DNA of 64,000 nucleotides from Nibricoccus sp. (GTDB lineage: Bacteria; Verrucomicrobiota; Verrucomicrobiia; Opitutales; Opitutaceae). Position numbers and translations under genes: made by a program. The stretch spans positions 2,336,001 through 2,400,000 of the forward strand of contig JASGHG010000001.1 in the NCBI GenBank assembly GCA_047602425.1, given 5' to 3'. Under the pieces are notes generated by a model. It did not search any database. It was not told where the DNA came from and saw only the letters and a list, made by a program, of their open reading frames with translations. Each line of letters starts with the position of its first letter. Position 1 is the first letter of the stretch. This document shows, piece by piece, positions 13,801 to 23,902 of this stretch.

Positions 13801-16800
13801 GACCGCACGCAGGATTTGATCAAGCTCCCGGTCAAGGAAGCGCATCGCGGCGGCTTCACGCTGCGCGTGACGCATATCCACGAAAATCGCGCCTACACGA
13901 CTGAGCGGGTTGTGAATGTGCCTTGGACGAACAAACAGCTTGCGGTAAAATGGGAAACCTTTCGCTCCAAGCTCGCTCCGGGACAAAAAGAAACTTGGAG
14001 CGCCGTCATCACTGGCCCCGATGCGAAACGGGTTTCGGCTGAAATGGCCGTCGCGCTCTACGACGCTTCGCTCGATCAATATGCGCCTCACCACTGGCTG
14101 GCCGGATTTGGGGTGTTCCGTTCTGAGCAAAACCGAACCCGGACCGAGTTTCAAAATACCCGGCAATACTTCCGCGGCATTTACAACTGGGGAGCAATCG
14201 GTCTGCGCGACACCAAGTGGCAGTACAGTTCTTTTGTTCCCGAACTTTCAATCAATAACCACGTCCGCTATGGTTCCTTGGGCGCGCAGAATGACGGAGG
14301 GATGGATGGTGATGTGGTGGTGCTGTCGCCATTCGCAGTAGCTGTGACCTCGCACGACGTCGGTTATCGGGCCTCCAATTCGCTTGTGGGGTCTCTTAGA
14401 CAAAGAGGTTTGGCGCGGGAGCGCGCACCTGCAGGAATTTCAATCGATAGTTTTGGCGATATTGCCCTCCCAGAGGCGAAAAAGGCAGTGGAAGAGGCAG
14501 GTGCGATAACGAAACAAACGAGGGAGCTTCTGCCCGATCTTTCCAAAGTCACCGCCCGCAAAAATCTCAACGAAACCGCGTTCTTCTTCCCACAGCTCAC
14601 GTCCGACGAAAACGGGGTTGTGAAGATGACGTTCACGATGCCGGAGGCGTTGACCGAATGGAAATTCCTCGGCTTCGTCTACGACAAGCAACTCCGGTCG
14701 GGGTTGTTGACCGATAAAGTCACAACCTCCAAAGACCTGATGGTCGAGCCGAATCCGCCCCGCTTTGTGCGCGAGGGCGATACGATCGAGTTCACGGTCA
14801 AAGTTAGCAACCAGTCCGACCAACCGCAGAAAGGGACGGTGAAGCTCACGCTCGCCGATGCCGCTTCGCTCAAGTCGGCCGACGACGCGCTGGGCAATCG
14901 CGCGGTCGAGCAGTCCTTCGACGTGCCGGCGAAACAATCGCGCAGCTACGCGTGGCGCATCGCGGTGCCGGACGGACTCGGGTTCCTCACGTACAAGGCC
15001 GTCGCGGCCACCGCGCAGTTCAGCGACGGCGAGGAAGGCTTCCTGCCCGTGCTCAGCCGTCGCATTCTCGTGACAGAGTCGTTGCCTTTGCCGATCCGTG
15101 GCAAAGCGACAAAAAAGTTCGAACTCGAGAAACTGCTCGCCTCGGGCAAATCCGACACGCTGCGCCACCAGTCGCTCACGGTGCAGATGACGTCGCAGCC
15201 CGCGTGGTACGCGGTGATGGCGCTGCCGTACCTGATGGAGTTTCCGCACGAGTGCAGCGAACAGCTTTTCAATCGTTTGTACGCCAACGCGCTCGCCCGG
15301 CACATCGCGAACTCCGACCCGAAAATCCGCCGCATCTTTGATCTTTGGAAAAACACGCCTGCACTCGACAGCCCGTTGGAGAAGAATCAGGACCTGAAAT
15401 CACTGATGCTCGAAGAAACGCCATGGTGGCGCGAAGCAACGGTCGAAAGCCAGGCGCGTCGTAGTCTCGGCCTGCTCTTCGAGAGCAATCGACTCGACGA
15501 CGAAGCCGCGCGCGCGCTCAAACAACTCGCCGAGCGTCAGCAGAGCGACGGCCTGTGGGCGTGGTTCCCGGGCGGCCGCTCCAGCGAATACATTAGCCGC
15601 TACATCGTGACCGGTTTTGGACGGCTGCGTCACCTCGGCGTGCAGATCGATGTTTCGCCAGCGGTCAAAGCGCTCGCGGCCCTCGATGCTGCGCTGGCGG
15701 AAGACTACCGAGAAATTTTGAAGCGCGATCGTGCCGAAGACTACGTGCCGACGCACCTGGACGCGCTCACGCTCTATGGCCGCAGTTTTTTCCTGAAAGA
15801 CCGCCCCGTCGCGAACGAGCACCAGGCAGCCGTCGATTTTTTCCTGCGACAGGCGCGGAAATTTTGGACCAAGTCAGAGGATCGGCAGCGGCTGGCGCAC
15901 CTTGCGATCGCGCTGCAGCGGTTTGGCGACGCTGAAACACCGCGTGCGATTATGAAATCGCTGAAGGAGCGCAGCCTGAACACCGAGGAGATGGGCATGC
16001 ACTGGCGCGACGCCGAATCGGGCTGGTGGTGGTATCAAGCGCCGATCGAAACGCAGGCGCTGATGATCGAAGCCTTCGCCGAAGTCACCAACGACGCGCA
16101 GGCCGTCGAGGACTGCAAAGTGTGGCTCTTGAAACAAAAGCAGACGCAGAACTGGAAAACCACCAAGGCCACGGCCGACGCTGTCTACGGCCTACTGTTG
16201 CGCGGCACGGACCTGCTCGCGAGCGATGCGCTGGTCGAAGTTTCGCTCGGCGGCGAAGCAATCAAACCCGAGAAAGTCGAAGCGGGAACCGGCTTCTATG
16301 AACAAAAATTTGTCCGCAGCGAAATCAAACCTGCGATGGGCGCGATCACGGTGAAGAAGACCGACGGCGGTGTGAGCTGGGGCAGCGTTCATTGGCAGTA
16401 CCTCGAAGACATGTCGAAGGTGACGCCGCACGAAGCCACGCCGTTGAAACTCAAGAAATCGCTCTGGATAAAAGAAACCACGAGCAAGGGCCAGGTCCTG
16501 AAACCCGTGAGCGGTCCCATGTCGGTCGGTGACGAACTTGTTGTCCGTATCGAACTGCGCGTCGACCGCGACATGGAGTATGTGCACCTGAAAGACCAGC
16601 GCGGCAGCGGCACGGAACCGGTGAATGTATTGAGCCGTTACAGGTGGCAGGATAGCCTCGGCTACTACGAGTCGACGCGTGACACGGCCTCGCATTTCTT
16701 CATCGATTACCTGCGACGTGGCACATACGTGTTCGAGTATTCGACGCGCGTGCAGCTGAAGGGCGTTTACCAGACGGGCATCGCCGAAATCCAGTGCATG

Positions 16801-16854
16801 TACGCCCCGGAGTTCAACAGCCACTCGGAGAGTATTCTGCTGGAGGTGAAGTGA
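10858..16854 (+). CDS. Alpha-2-macroglobulin family protein
   Basis: Signal peptide, FTDRAIYRPGQT, VEEYKRPKF, RKNLNETAFFFP, thioester-type PHECSEQ, C-terminal MYAPEF. Confidence 0.93.
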   Translation: MNTRLLKGVSVCLVLALNVFAGPTDRSEQWAEVEKAQANGQPQTALEKLEPIITGAYSDLLYAEAIRALALKMAIEDRVNGNGAERKIVRFQAEIEKAPAAMKPAMEAVLAHWYWQYYQQNRWRFMQRTQTAESPGADIQTWDLARILTEIDKHFTAALADEATLKKTPIHVYRQLLEPGNVPESYRPTLFDFLAHEALKFYQAGEHAQLKAEDEFEIAATSPIFGDVREFMAWQPAGTDDASPKLKAIHLYQALLKFHADDPARDAFFDTDLDRLEYGKNVAFGDDAIDRYKTALERFIVNTSAHGISARALALLAMQFQQEGEPAKAREIAQRGLKAFPSSTGGAMCYNLIQQIEAKSAQLHTESVWNAPWPTLDLTYRNVRKVFFRAIPADFAKRIKQDRDEKDLLTEKPVLEWEADLPPTADFKERTEKIPAPTTLKPGYYLIAASHNPSFGDDNNQVSATFVWVSDLALVLRLRYDSETQSGLVVRAGSGEPVSGAVISIWKENRYGDLAPGFSSVTNDNGLFEFSSIQGSCFIMAEAEGQKVATGHGVYVYGRDSKDGADTQTVFFTDRAIYRPGQTINYKGVSIRYDREMGKYSVLSGHKLTVVFNDPNGKEIARAGHRTNDYGSFSGTFTAPRDRLTGQMTIQVLGRPSQTSVSVEEYKRPKFQVEIATPTEAAKLDAPVELTGKATAYNGAAIGGAKVKWRVERGVQLPYWCWWWQPMPSKAIAHGTAVTEPDGTFKVQFPTTPDRSVPAKNEPVFVFTVHADVTDTTGETRSDDRAVRAGYTALQATLSAEDWQTAAQPAELAISTSSLDGDPQAASGKVIVHALKQPAAVERAPLQRERFWWHRAEEPGVDLANPDSWALGDVVSENSFSTDASGKTELKLPLKAGIYRVLLETKDRFGKTVTARRTVEVVDPSQLRYTVKIPNKLAAEKWSVEPGETFTALWGTGYDKGRAFVELECNGEPLKTYWTVGDRTQDLIKLPVKEAHRGGFTLRVTHIHENRAYTTERVVNVPWTNKQLAVKWETFRSKLAPGQKETWSAVITGPDAKRVSAEMAVALYDASLDQYAPHHWLAGFGVFRSEQNRTRTEFQNTRQYFRGIYNWGAIGLRDTKWQYSSFVPELSINNHVRYGSLGAQNDGGMDGDVVVLSPFAVAVTSHDVGYRASNSLVGSLRQRGLARERAPAGISIDSFGDIALPEAKKAVEEAGAITKQTRELLPDLSKVTARKNLNETAFFFPQLTSDENGVVKMTFTMPEALTEWKFLGFVYDKQLRSGLLTDKVTTSKDLMVEPNPPRFVREGDTIEFTVKVSNQSDQPQKGTVKLTLADAASLKSADDALGNRAVEQSFDVPAKQSRSYAWRIAVPDGLGFLTYKAVAATAQFSDGEEGFLPVLSRRILVTESLPLPIRGKATKKFELEKLLASGKSDTLRHQSLTVQMTSQPAWYAVMALPYLMEFPHECSEQLFNRLYANALARHIANSDPKIRRIFDLWKNTPALDSPLEKNQDLKSLMLEETPWWREATVESQARRSLGLLFESNRLDDEAARALKQLAERQQSDGLWAWFPGGRSSEYISRYIVTGFGRLRHLGVQIDVSPAVKALAALDAALAEDYREILKRDRAEDYVPTHLDALTLYGRSFFLKDRPVANEHQAAVDFFLRQARKFWTKSEDRQRLAHLAIALQRFGDAETPRAIMKSLKERSLNTEEMGMHWRDAESGWWWYQAPIETQALMIEAFAEVTNDAQAVEDCKVWLLKQKQTQNWKTTKATADAVYGLLLRGTDLLASDALVEVSLGGEAIKPEKVEAGTGFYEQKFVRSEIKPAMGAITVKKTDGGVSWGSVHWQYLEDMSKVTPHEATPLKLKKSLWIKETTSKGQVLKPVSGPMSVGDELVVRIELRVDRDMEYVHLKDQRGSGTEPVNVLSRYRWQDSLGYYESTRDTASHFFIDYLRRGTYVFEYSTRVQLKGVYQTGIAEIQCMYAPEFNSHSESILLEVK

Positions 16855-16951
16855 CGCTTTGTGACTAAGATCGGAAAGGCCGCCACAGCGGGCCGTCCTC
16901 CATTTTAATCCGACAATCCATCTGCGTCCGGGTCTACCTGACGGAGTAGTG

Positions 16952-18364
16952 CTAGTCGTGCTTGGTCTTGAAGGGCAGATTGAGCGGCAGGGTGGGGTCG
17001 GTCGGCCCGTGCGATGGCGCGATTGAGGTTCTTGCGGCGGAGAGCCCGGCGAGTTTTTCGCCGAGATCGGCCGGTGCATAAAACACGTTGAAGCGACCTT
17101 CCTTTCGCCCGACCAGCAATCCCTTTTCCATCAGGCTGAAAAGATCGGTGCGTGCTGTCTGGAAGGACACGTTGTGGCTTTTGCGGTGGCCTTCGATGAT
17201 GTATCGAGCGCCGGGTTCGCGCAGCGCGTGAGCGAGCAAGGCGTGTTGACGATGGTTAAGCCCTTCCAGGCCGCGCAATCTTTCCGCAGCGGCATGAAGT
17301 TGGGAGGACTTGTGTTTCACGTAGGCGTGCAAGGCCTCCACTGCTTCGCGTATAACCTGGGTTTGATGAAGGATGAAATAGGTAAGGTCGTTCTCGTCCG
17401 TCTCAGTGTAGACGAATGCGCGTGCGTACCGCATTGGAGCGCGAAGCAGGATTTGCGAAATCGAAATGAATTCAAAAAGGCCGTAGCCCTGCCGAAGCAT
17501 TGACCAATAAAACAATGCGCGCGCGGTGCGGCCGTTGCCATCGACAAAAGGGTGATCGTAAGCGAGCCAGAAATGTAGAATGATGGCGCGCATCACCGGA
17601 TGGATAAAATAGTCTGGCGTCTGGCCGTTTGCGAAATCGCACATCGCCTGGACCCTCATCGGTAATTCAGTCGCCGGCGGCGGCGTGTGAAAAACATTTC
17701 CTTCCTCGTCTTCGACGCGCACGTTTTCATCAGGAAGCCTCAGACGGCCGCAGGCATTGGGTTTGGAAAGTGTATCGGCTGTGACGAGCGCGTGCAGTTC
17801 CAGGACCAAGGTGGGCGAGAGGTTTGCCGTCCTGAGGGACTGGATACGCTGCATGGTTGCATAGTTGTTGAGGATCATGCGCTCGCTTTTGTCCTGCGGT
17901 GGCCGGCCAGTCCGCAGCATTTCCTTCGCAACTTCGCGCGTCGTCGCAGCGCCCTCCAGCTGGCTGGACGTGATCGATTCCTGCATCAGCGAACTAACAA
18001 TATAGTGATCCTTTGTCTCGGGAGCGGTGATTCCATCGGGCAGATTGAGAGCAAAGCCCAAACCTCGATCGATTTCATGAAGTTGTGCCGCTACCTCGTC
18101 TGGTGTTCCAAATTGGAAAGGCTGGCCTGATTTGTCGCGTAAAGGGACGCTGCGCAGATTGGCTCCGCGACCAAGTTTTAGCGCGAGCCACCATTCTTCG
18201 CTGGTAATTCCGGAGGGAGCAGGACGTCGCCGCAGCTCTTCCCAGTGCAAATAGCGGTCCGCTTTAGAGAGCGCCGGAATTTTCGGAAGCAATTCGTTCA
18301 AGCGCGCTTTGGAAAGACTGGAGATAGATCCTGACCAAGAGGGAGGGGGGGTGGGCAGTTTCAT
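16952..18364 (-). CDS. Fic family protein with probable C-terminal winged-HTH
   Basis: HPFVDGNGRTAR Fic motif; SSQLEG; C-terminal LNHRQ...VSFQTARTDL. Confidence 0.92.
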   Translation of the reverse strand: MKLPTPPPSWSGSISSLSKARLNELLPKIPALSKADRYLHWEELRRRPAPSGITSEEWWLALKLGRGANLRSVPLRDKSGQPFQFGTPDEVAAQLHEIDRGLGFALNLPDGITAPETKDHYIVSSLMQESITSSQLEGAATTREVAKEMLRTGRPPQDKSERMILNNYATMQRIQSLRTANLSPTLVLELHALVTADTLSKPNACGRLRLPDENVRVEDEEGNVFHTPPPATELPMRVQAMCDFANGQTPDYFIHPVMRAIILHFWLAYDHPFVDGNGRTARALFYWSMLRQGYGLFEFISISQILLRAPMRYARAFVYTETDENDLTYFILHQTQVIREAVEALHAYVKHKSSQLHAAAERLRGLEGLNHRQHALLAHALREPGARYIIEGHRKSHNVSFQTARTDLFSLMEKGLLVGRKEGRFNVFYAPADLGEKLAGLSAARTSIAPSHGPTDPTLPLNLPFKTKHD

Positions 18365-18433
18365 TCTAGGTTGGAATAAATTAGAATGAAGTTGGAACGC
18401 AATCTCATTCTAATTGTTAACTAATTAGAATGA
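18361..18433. promoter_or_regulatory. Two tandem palindromic operators TCATTCTA-N13-TAGAATGA
   Basis: Copies at 18361-18389 and 18405-18433, 44 bp apart; the first overlaps the Fic start codon. Confidence 0.7.
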
Positions 18434-18516
18434 AGTTGGAGTGATGCGCTGAACGAGGGAGGCACCAGCTTTGCGGAAATCCGCAGGCTATATCTTCACG
18501 CGCTCTCTTTCTGCTG

Positions 18517-21500
18517 CTACGAAAGGATTTTGCGCAGGCTTTCGAGGTCGAGGACGGTGGCGAGGGATTCCTCCTTCACTACGGCGGCGGCCATCGCGGC
18601 TTTCTCGCGTTGGAGGGCGCGGATCTTTTCCTCGATCGTGTTCTTCGCGATCAGGCGGTAGGCGTTGACCTTCGAGGTCTGGCCGATGCGATGCGTGCGG
18701 TCGATCGCCTGCGCCTCCACCGCCGGGTTCCACCACGGGTCGTAGAGCACGACGTAGCTGGCAGCGGTGAGATTTAGTCCCGAGCCGGCGGCTTTTAGCG
18801 ATAGCAAAAAGATCGGCGGTCCATCGACGGACTGGAATTTGTCAACGAGCTCCTGGCGGTTCTCCGTCTGGCCGGTGAGCATCAGGTGGCCGATGGAGCG
18901 TGCCGTGAGCTCGTCGCGGATGAGTTCGAGCATTGTCACGAACTGCGAGAAAATGAGAACGCGGTGTCCTTCCTCGACGAGGGGCTCGATGGTGTCGAGA
19001 AGGGCCTCCATCTTCGCGCTGGCAGCCGGCGCTGGTTCCCCGGGCGAGGCGGAAGCTGCGGATTTGCGGGATTTTTTCCGCGCGACGGGTGGTTCGCCCT
19101 CGAGGCCGACGAGGCGCGGGTCGCAGCAAATCTGGCGGAGCCGCAGCAGCGATTGCAGGATGTTGAAGCGCTGGATGTCGAACTGGCGAGCAGTCTTCAC
19201 CTGGAGCAACATCTGGCGGGCGCGCTTGAGCTCGGCGTCGTAGAGGGTGCGCTGGCGACCATCGAGCTCGCAGAAAAGATCCTCCTCGACGCGGGGTGGA
19301 AGGTCGTTTGCCACTTGGGATTTGGTTCGGCGCAGCAGGAACGGACGAACACGAGTGGCGAGGCGTGAGCGGGCGCCGGCTGGGTCGTCTTTTTCGCGGT
19401 AGAGACGCTGGAAGCCGGCCTGTGAACCGAGCAAGCCGGGCTGGGCAAAGGCGAGCAGGCTCCAGAGATCGAGCAGGCGGTTTTCGATGGGCGTGCCGGT
19501 GAGCACGAGGCGATGCCGGGCTTTCAGGGCGCGTGCGGTCTGCGCGGTGGAGCTGGAGGGATTTTTGATGTTCTGGCCCTCGTCGAGCACGACGGCCTCC
19601 CATTGAACCGGAAGGAGCGTGTCGGCGCGGAGGCGAAGTTGGGCGTAGTTGACGACGACGATGCCGGTCGCTGGCAGGAGTTGGGTGAGGGGATCGAGCG
19701 GGGCCGCGGAGAGGGCGGGCGTGAAACGTTTTGTTTCAAGCTGCCAGTTCGGCACGACGGATTTTGGGCAGACGACGAGGGCTCGGAAGGGTCGTTTCTC
19801 GGCGGTAGCGCGATCTTGCAGCCAGAGGAACCAGGTGAGCGTCTGGAGGGTTTTGCCGAGGCCCATGTCGTCGGCCAGGACGCCGCCCAGGCCGAGGGCG
19901 GCGAGATGGGCGAGGAATTGGTATCCTTCTTCCTGGTACGGGCGGAGCTCGGCCTGGAGTCTGTTGGGAAGCGCGGGCGGCACGATGGCGCGCAGGGAGG
20001 CGGCGCGAGCGCGGAGTTTTTCGGCGAGGGCTTCGTCGCGCTCGGCGGCGAGGCTGCCGGCGAGCTGGAGCGTGTGGTAGCGGTGCGAGTGCTTTTTGCC
20101 GAGGTGGAGATCGGTTTCGGGCGCGAGGCCGAGGCGGTCGAGTTCGGCGCGGGTGGCAGCGTCGGTCTGGTCGTCGACCGCGAGGCGGCGCCAGCCGTGT
20201 TTGGCAAGGCGGACCCAGCGGCCGCGGGCCTTCATGAGGAGGTCGATCTCTTTTTCGGTGAGGCTAGTGTCCTCGACACGAAGAGAAGTGTGAACATCGA
20301 ACCAGTCGATCTCGCTGCTCTCGTCGATCTCGATGACGACACTGGCACGGTCCGGGGCTTTGGCGAAGGAGGCTAGTTCGGGTGAGAGCTCGACGAGGAG
20401 GCCGGGAGGCACGGCGGCGAGCCAGGCGGCGAATTGCTCGGGAAAGTTTTTTCCGGTTATCTCGGAAGTGTAGCGGCCTCCCTCGGGGGCCCAACCGTCC
20501 CAGTGGATTCCGGGGAGCTGTTTCAGGTGGATCTCCGCGGGTGCGAGCGAGGCGTGGTCGTGGAGGAGCCAGGCATGGTCGTCGGGCGTGACGAGGCCGG
20601 GCACATCGTGGCGCCAGCCCTCGGGTTGGTATCTGGCGCGAGGTTCGTTCGCGGGTGAGAGGGCGTGCAGTTCGAGGACGAGGATCTCGTCGTCAGCGTT
20701 GTCGCGTCGAGCGGAGATCCGGGCGCGGAGGCGGGCATGAAGTTTTTCGCTGCGAAAACGATCGGCGACACTGCCCGGCAGGCGGACTCCGGCGCGCGCG
20801 GCGAAGCGTCCGGCCTCGGGAAGTTCGAGGGCCTTGCGCGGGACCTCGACGGAGAACGAGGCGTGCTGCGGCTTTGCGGGGTTGGCGATGGGCGGCAGGC
20901 CATGAAAAAGGAGGCGTTGCGCGTGCAGGTAGCGGGTCGGCGTGCCGGGGAGCAGCAGGACAGGCTCGGGCAAAGGGGAACCATCTGGAAGAACCAGATC
21001 GACAAGGACGAGGGCGGGATCAGAAGGATGGTCGTTGATGCGCCAGGTGACGGGACGCGGGTCGTCGGCGATGGGCGCGCCGTCGGGGCTGACGATGAGG
21101 GGCCGGAGGCGCGGGTCGGCGAGGAAAGTGCCGAGAAGCTCGCAGTCGTGCGAGTCGGCGTAGTTGAGGCTGGAGCGGCTGTAACCGGAGAAGTGTTCGC
21201 GCACGAGGGCGACGAGGACGTTGCTTACGTCGTCGAGGGCGCGGGCGCACTCGGCGGGTTGATGCACGAAGTCACGCAGCTGGTTGGCCTGGAGTTTGAC
21301 GTAGGTGCCGGTCTGGCCGGCGATTTCCCATACAGTATTTCGCGGCGTGAGGCGCAAGCGGAGGGATTGGCGGGCGGCTGGCGCTTCGGATGCGGAAGTC
21401 AACGCGTCGAGTTGGGCGAAGCGGGCGCGCCAGTGGCGGAGCTGGATCTCCTGGCGGCAGTGCTCGCGTTCGGCAACGGCGGATTGAAGATCTGTAAAAG

Positions 21501-22200
21501 GTTCGGTGAAAGATGGGAGCGGGATGTCGTTCTCGGTGAAGAGAAGCGCGACGAAGGACCAGAGTTTCAGCGGCGTGGTGGGCGCGGTGGTGAACCAGTC
21601 CTGAAACGGGCTGCCGTAGCCGCCGATGCGCAACTGATGGCGGTGCTTGGCGGGGGCAAGGTCGGCAAGAGCGCGGTGGTCGAACCAGCCGTAGTTCTGG
21701 CGAACGGATTGATGGACCCGGGCGAGGTTGCGCAGGAAGGCGAGTTCGACGCGTTCGGGCGGGCGACCGGTGGCGACCTGAAACTCGTGGATGAGGGGCT
21801 GCTCGCCGGGGAGGAGGTGAAGGGACTCGGCTTTGGGATGCGGAATGGATTCTTGTTTAACGGTGCCTTCTGGTTTTAGTCCGGTAAATATAGGAAGGTC
21901 CGGACTGGCGTGTTCGAGGAGCCAGGCTAGACCCGTTGCGTAGGCATGCTTGCAGTTGAACCCGAGCGGGCAGGAGCATTGTGAGCTCCAGCCCCTGGCG
22001 GTGAGGTTGAGGTCGACGCCGTATATCTGCGAACCTCGGACGTGGGCGACGATCTTGTTTCCGACCAAAGTGGGCTTGGAAACGCGGCCGGCGCTGAAGT
22101 ACGAACGGCCGCGCTGCTGTGAGCGAGCGTCGAAACTTCCGATGAAGTCCTGAAGGGCTTCCAATCCTTCGTCGGACTCCGGGCCGAATTCAATGGCCAT
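18517..22200 (-). CDS. SWIM zinc finger / SNF2-family helicase
   Basis: CSCPLGFNCKH SWIM motif; LADDMGLGKT, DEGQNIKN, QAIDRTHRIGQ. Confidence 0.93.
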   Translation of the reverse strand: MAIEFGPESDEGLEALQDFIGSFDARSQQRGRSYFSAGRVSKPTLVGNKIVAHVRGSQIYGVDLNLTARGWSSQCSCPLGFNCKHAYATGLAWLLEHASPDLPIFTGLKPEGTVKQESIPHPKAESLHLLPGEQPLIHEFQVATGRPPERVELAFLRNLARVHQSVRQNYGWFDHRALADLAPAKHRHQLRIGGYGSPFQDWFTTAPTTPLKLWSFVALLFTENDIPLPSFTEPFTDLQSAVAEREHCRQEIQLRHWRARFAQLDALTSASEAPAARQSLRLRLTPRNTVWEIAGQTGTYVKLQANQLRDFVHQPAECARALDDVSNVLVALVREHFSGYSRSSLNYADSHDCELLGTFLADPRLRPLIVSPDGAPIADDPRPVTWRINDHPSDPALVLVDLVLPDGSPLPEPVLLLPGTPTRYLHAQRLLFHGLPPIANPAKPQHASFSVEVPRKALELPEAGRFAARAGVRLPGSVADRFRSEKLHARLRARISARRDNADDEILVLELHALSPANEPRARYQPEGWRHDVPGLVTPDDHAWLLHDHASLAPAEIHLKQLPGIHWDGWAPEGGRYTSEITGKNFPEQFAAWLAAVPPGLLVELSPELASFAKAPDRASVVIEIDESSEIDWFDVHTSLRVEDTSLTEKEIDLLMKARGRWVRLAKHGWRRLAVDDQTDAATRAELDRLGLAPETDLHLGKKHSHRYHTLQLAGSLAAERDEALAEKLRARAASLRAIVPPALPNRLQAELRPYQEEGYQFLAHLAALGLGGVLADDMGLGKTLQTLTWFLWLQDRATAEKRPFRALVVCPKSVVPNWQLETKRFTPALSAAPLDPLTQLLPATGIVVVNYAQLRLRADTLLPVQWEAVVLDEGQNIKNPSSSTAQTARALKARHRLVLTGTPIENRLLDLWSLLAFAQPGLLGSQAGFQRLYREKDDPAGARSRLATRVRPFLLRRTKSQVANDLPPRVEEDLFCELDGRQRTLYDAELKRARQMLLQVKTARQFDIQRFNILQSLLRLRQICCDPRLVGLEGEPPVARKKSRKSAASASPGEPAPAASAKMEALLDTIEPLVEEGHRVLIFSQFVTMLELIRDELTARSIGHLMLTGQTENRQELVDKFQSVDGPPIFLLSLKAAGSGLNLTAASYVVLYDPWWNPAVEAQAIDRTHRIGQTSKVNAYRLIAKNTIEEKIRALQREKAAMAAAVVKEESLATVLDLESLRKILS

Positions 22201-22239
22201 GGGAAAAAGAGCGCGCGTTTTTTCGGGACGCGCGGGGGC

Positions 22240-23769
22240 TTAGTACACCTTCTCTTGGAGCAGGGCGAAGAGTTCGGCTTCGGTGATGCGGCGCTGTTCC
22301 ATCGTGTCGCGGTCGCGCAGGGTGAAGGTGTCGCCGGGTTTTTCGATCGTGTCGAAGTCGATGGTTACGCACCACGGAGTGCCGGCTTCGTCCTGGCGGC
22401 GGTAGCGTTTGCCGATGGCGCCGCCGTCGTCGTATTGCACGGCGTAGTTGCGCTTGAGTTTTGTGTAGAGAGCCTTGGCGCGGTTCGTGAGCTGCTCCTT
22501 GTTTTTGAGCAGCGGGAGAATGGCGACCTTGACCGGCGCGATGCGGGGAGAGAGGCGGAGTACGGTGCGTTTCTCGACGTTGCCCTTTTCGTCCTTTACG
22601 TCCTCTTCGGCGTAACCGGCGGCGAGCACGGCGAGGAAAATGCGGTCAACACCCACGGCGGGCTCGATGACGTGCGGGACGAATTTCTTCTTCGACGCTT
22701 CGTCGAAGATTTCCTGCGATTTGCCCGAGGCGGTCGCATGCTGGCCGAGATCGTAGTTGCCGCGGGCGGCGATGCCCCAAAGTTCCTGCACGCCGAACGG
22801 GTACTTGAACATGATGTCGACCGTGCCCTTCGAGTAGAAGGCGAGTTTCTCCTTCGGATGGGCGTAGAGCGAGAGGTGCGACTCGGGCAAACCAATCGAC
22901 AGAAGCCATTGGCGGCACCATTCGATCCAGTCCTTGTGGCACTTGTCCCAGTCAGCGTCCTCGTGGATGAAATATTCCATTTCCATCTGCTCGAATTCGC
23001 GCGAGCGGAAGATGAAATTGCGCGGCGTGATTTCGTTGCGAAACGATTTGCCGATTTGGGCGATGCCGAAGGGCAGCTTCACACGGGTGGTGTCGATGAC
23101 GTTCTTGAAATCGACGAACATGCCCTGCGCGGTCTCGGGGCGCAGGTAGGCGACTGAGGCGGAGTCGCGCATTGGGCCGACGTGCGTCTCGAACATCATA
23201 TTGAACGCGCGCGGCTCGGTGAGGCTGCCGGGTTCGCCGGTGGCGGGCGAGGGAATGAGCGCGTATTCCTCGGGCTTGGCCTCGGTGAAATCTTTTGCGA
23301 CGACGGGAGCGAGCGTGCCTTGGATGGCTTTCTTACGTTTGAAAGATTCGGCGGCGGTCTGGAGTTCGCCAGCGGTATTTTCGCTTTCGAGGGCGGAGAC
23401 GTAGCCGACTACTTTGCCATCGACAACAACGGGCGCGAAAAACAGTTGGTCGGCGCGGTAGCGTTGTTTGGAAACTTTGCAGTCGACAAGCGGGTCGGTG
23501 AAGCCGGCGACGTGGCCGGAAGCTTCCCACACCTTTGGATGCATGATGATCGAGGTCTCGATGCCGACGATGTCCTCGCGGCGGCGGACCATGTCGTTCC
23601 ACCAGCAGTCGCGGATGTTCTTTTTGAGTTCCACGCCGAGCGGACCGTAGTCGAAGAAACCGTTGAGGCCGCCGTAGATTTCGGAGGACTGGAAGACGAA
23701 GCCGCGGCGTTTCGCGAGGGAAACGATGGCTTCCATGATGTTTTCGGATTGGGCTTCTGGCGTGGACAT
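22240..23769 (-). CDS. glyQS: Glycine-tRNA ligase (homodimeric alpha2 type)
   Basis: [48 protein letters not shown]. Confidence 0.96.
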   Translation of the reverse strand: MSTPEAQSENIMEAIVSLAKRRGFVFQSSEIYGGLNGFFDYGPLGVELKKNIRDCWWNDMVRRREDIVGIETSIIMHPKVWEASGHVAGFTDPLVDCKVSKQRYRADQLFFAPVVVDGKVVGYVSALESENTAGELQTAAESFKRKKAIQGTLAPVVAKDFTEAKPEEYALIPSPATGEPGSLTEPRAFNMMFETHVGPMRDSASVAYLRPETAQGMFVDFKNVIDTTRVKLPFGIAQIGKSFRNEITPRNFIFRSREFEQMEMEYFIHEDADWDKCHKDWIEWCRQWLLSIGLPESHLSLYAHPKEKLAFYSKGTVDIMFKYPFGVQELWGIAARGNYDLGQHATASGKSQEIFDEASKKKFVPHVIEPAVGVDRIFLAVLAAGYAEEDVKDEKGNVEKRTVLRLSPRIAPVKVAILPLLKNKEQLTNRAKALYTKLKRNYAVQYDDGGAIGKRYRRQDEAGTPWCVTIDFDTIEKPGDTFTLRDRDTMEQRRITEAELFALLQEKVY

Positions 23770-23835
23770 AAGAGGTGAGAGCTAGCCAGAGGAGCGGCGA
23801 CGGGTCAATGGCGGGGTTGGTGGTTTTTCGACGGT

Positions 23836-23865
23836 AAAAAGCCCCCGCCTGCTGCGCCGGGGGCT
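23836..23865 (-). terminator. Intrinsic terminator after the PL4 gene
   Basis: GCCCCCG/CGGGGGC stem with T5 on the minus strand. Confidence 0.7.
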
Positions 23866-23902
23866 GAAAGCCTCGTCAAAACCAAAAGTCGCGTGGGTTT
23901 GT

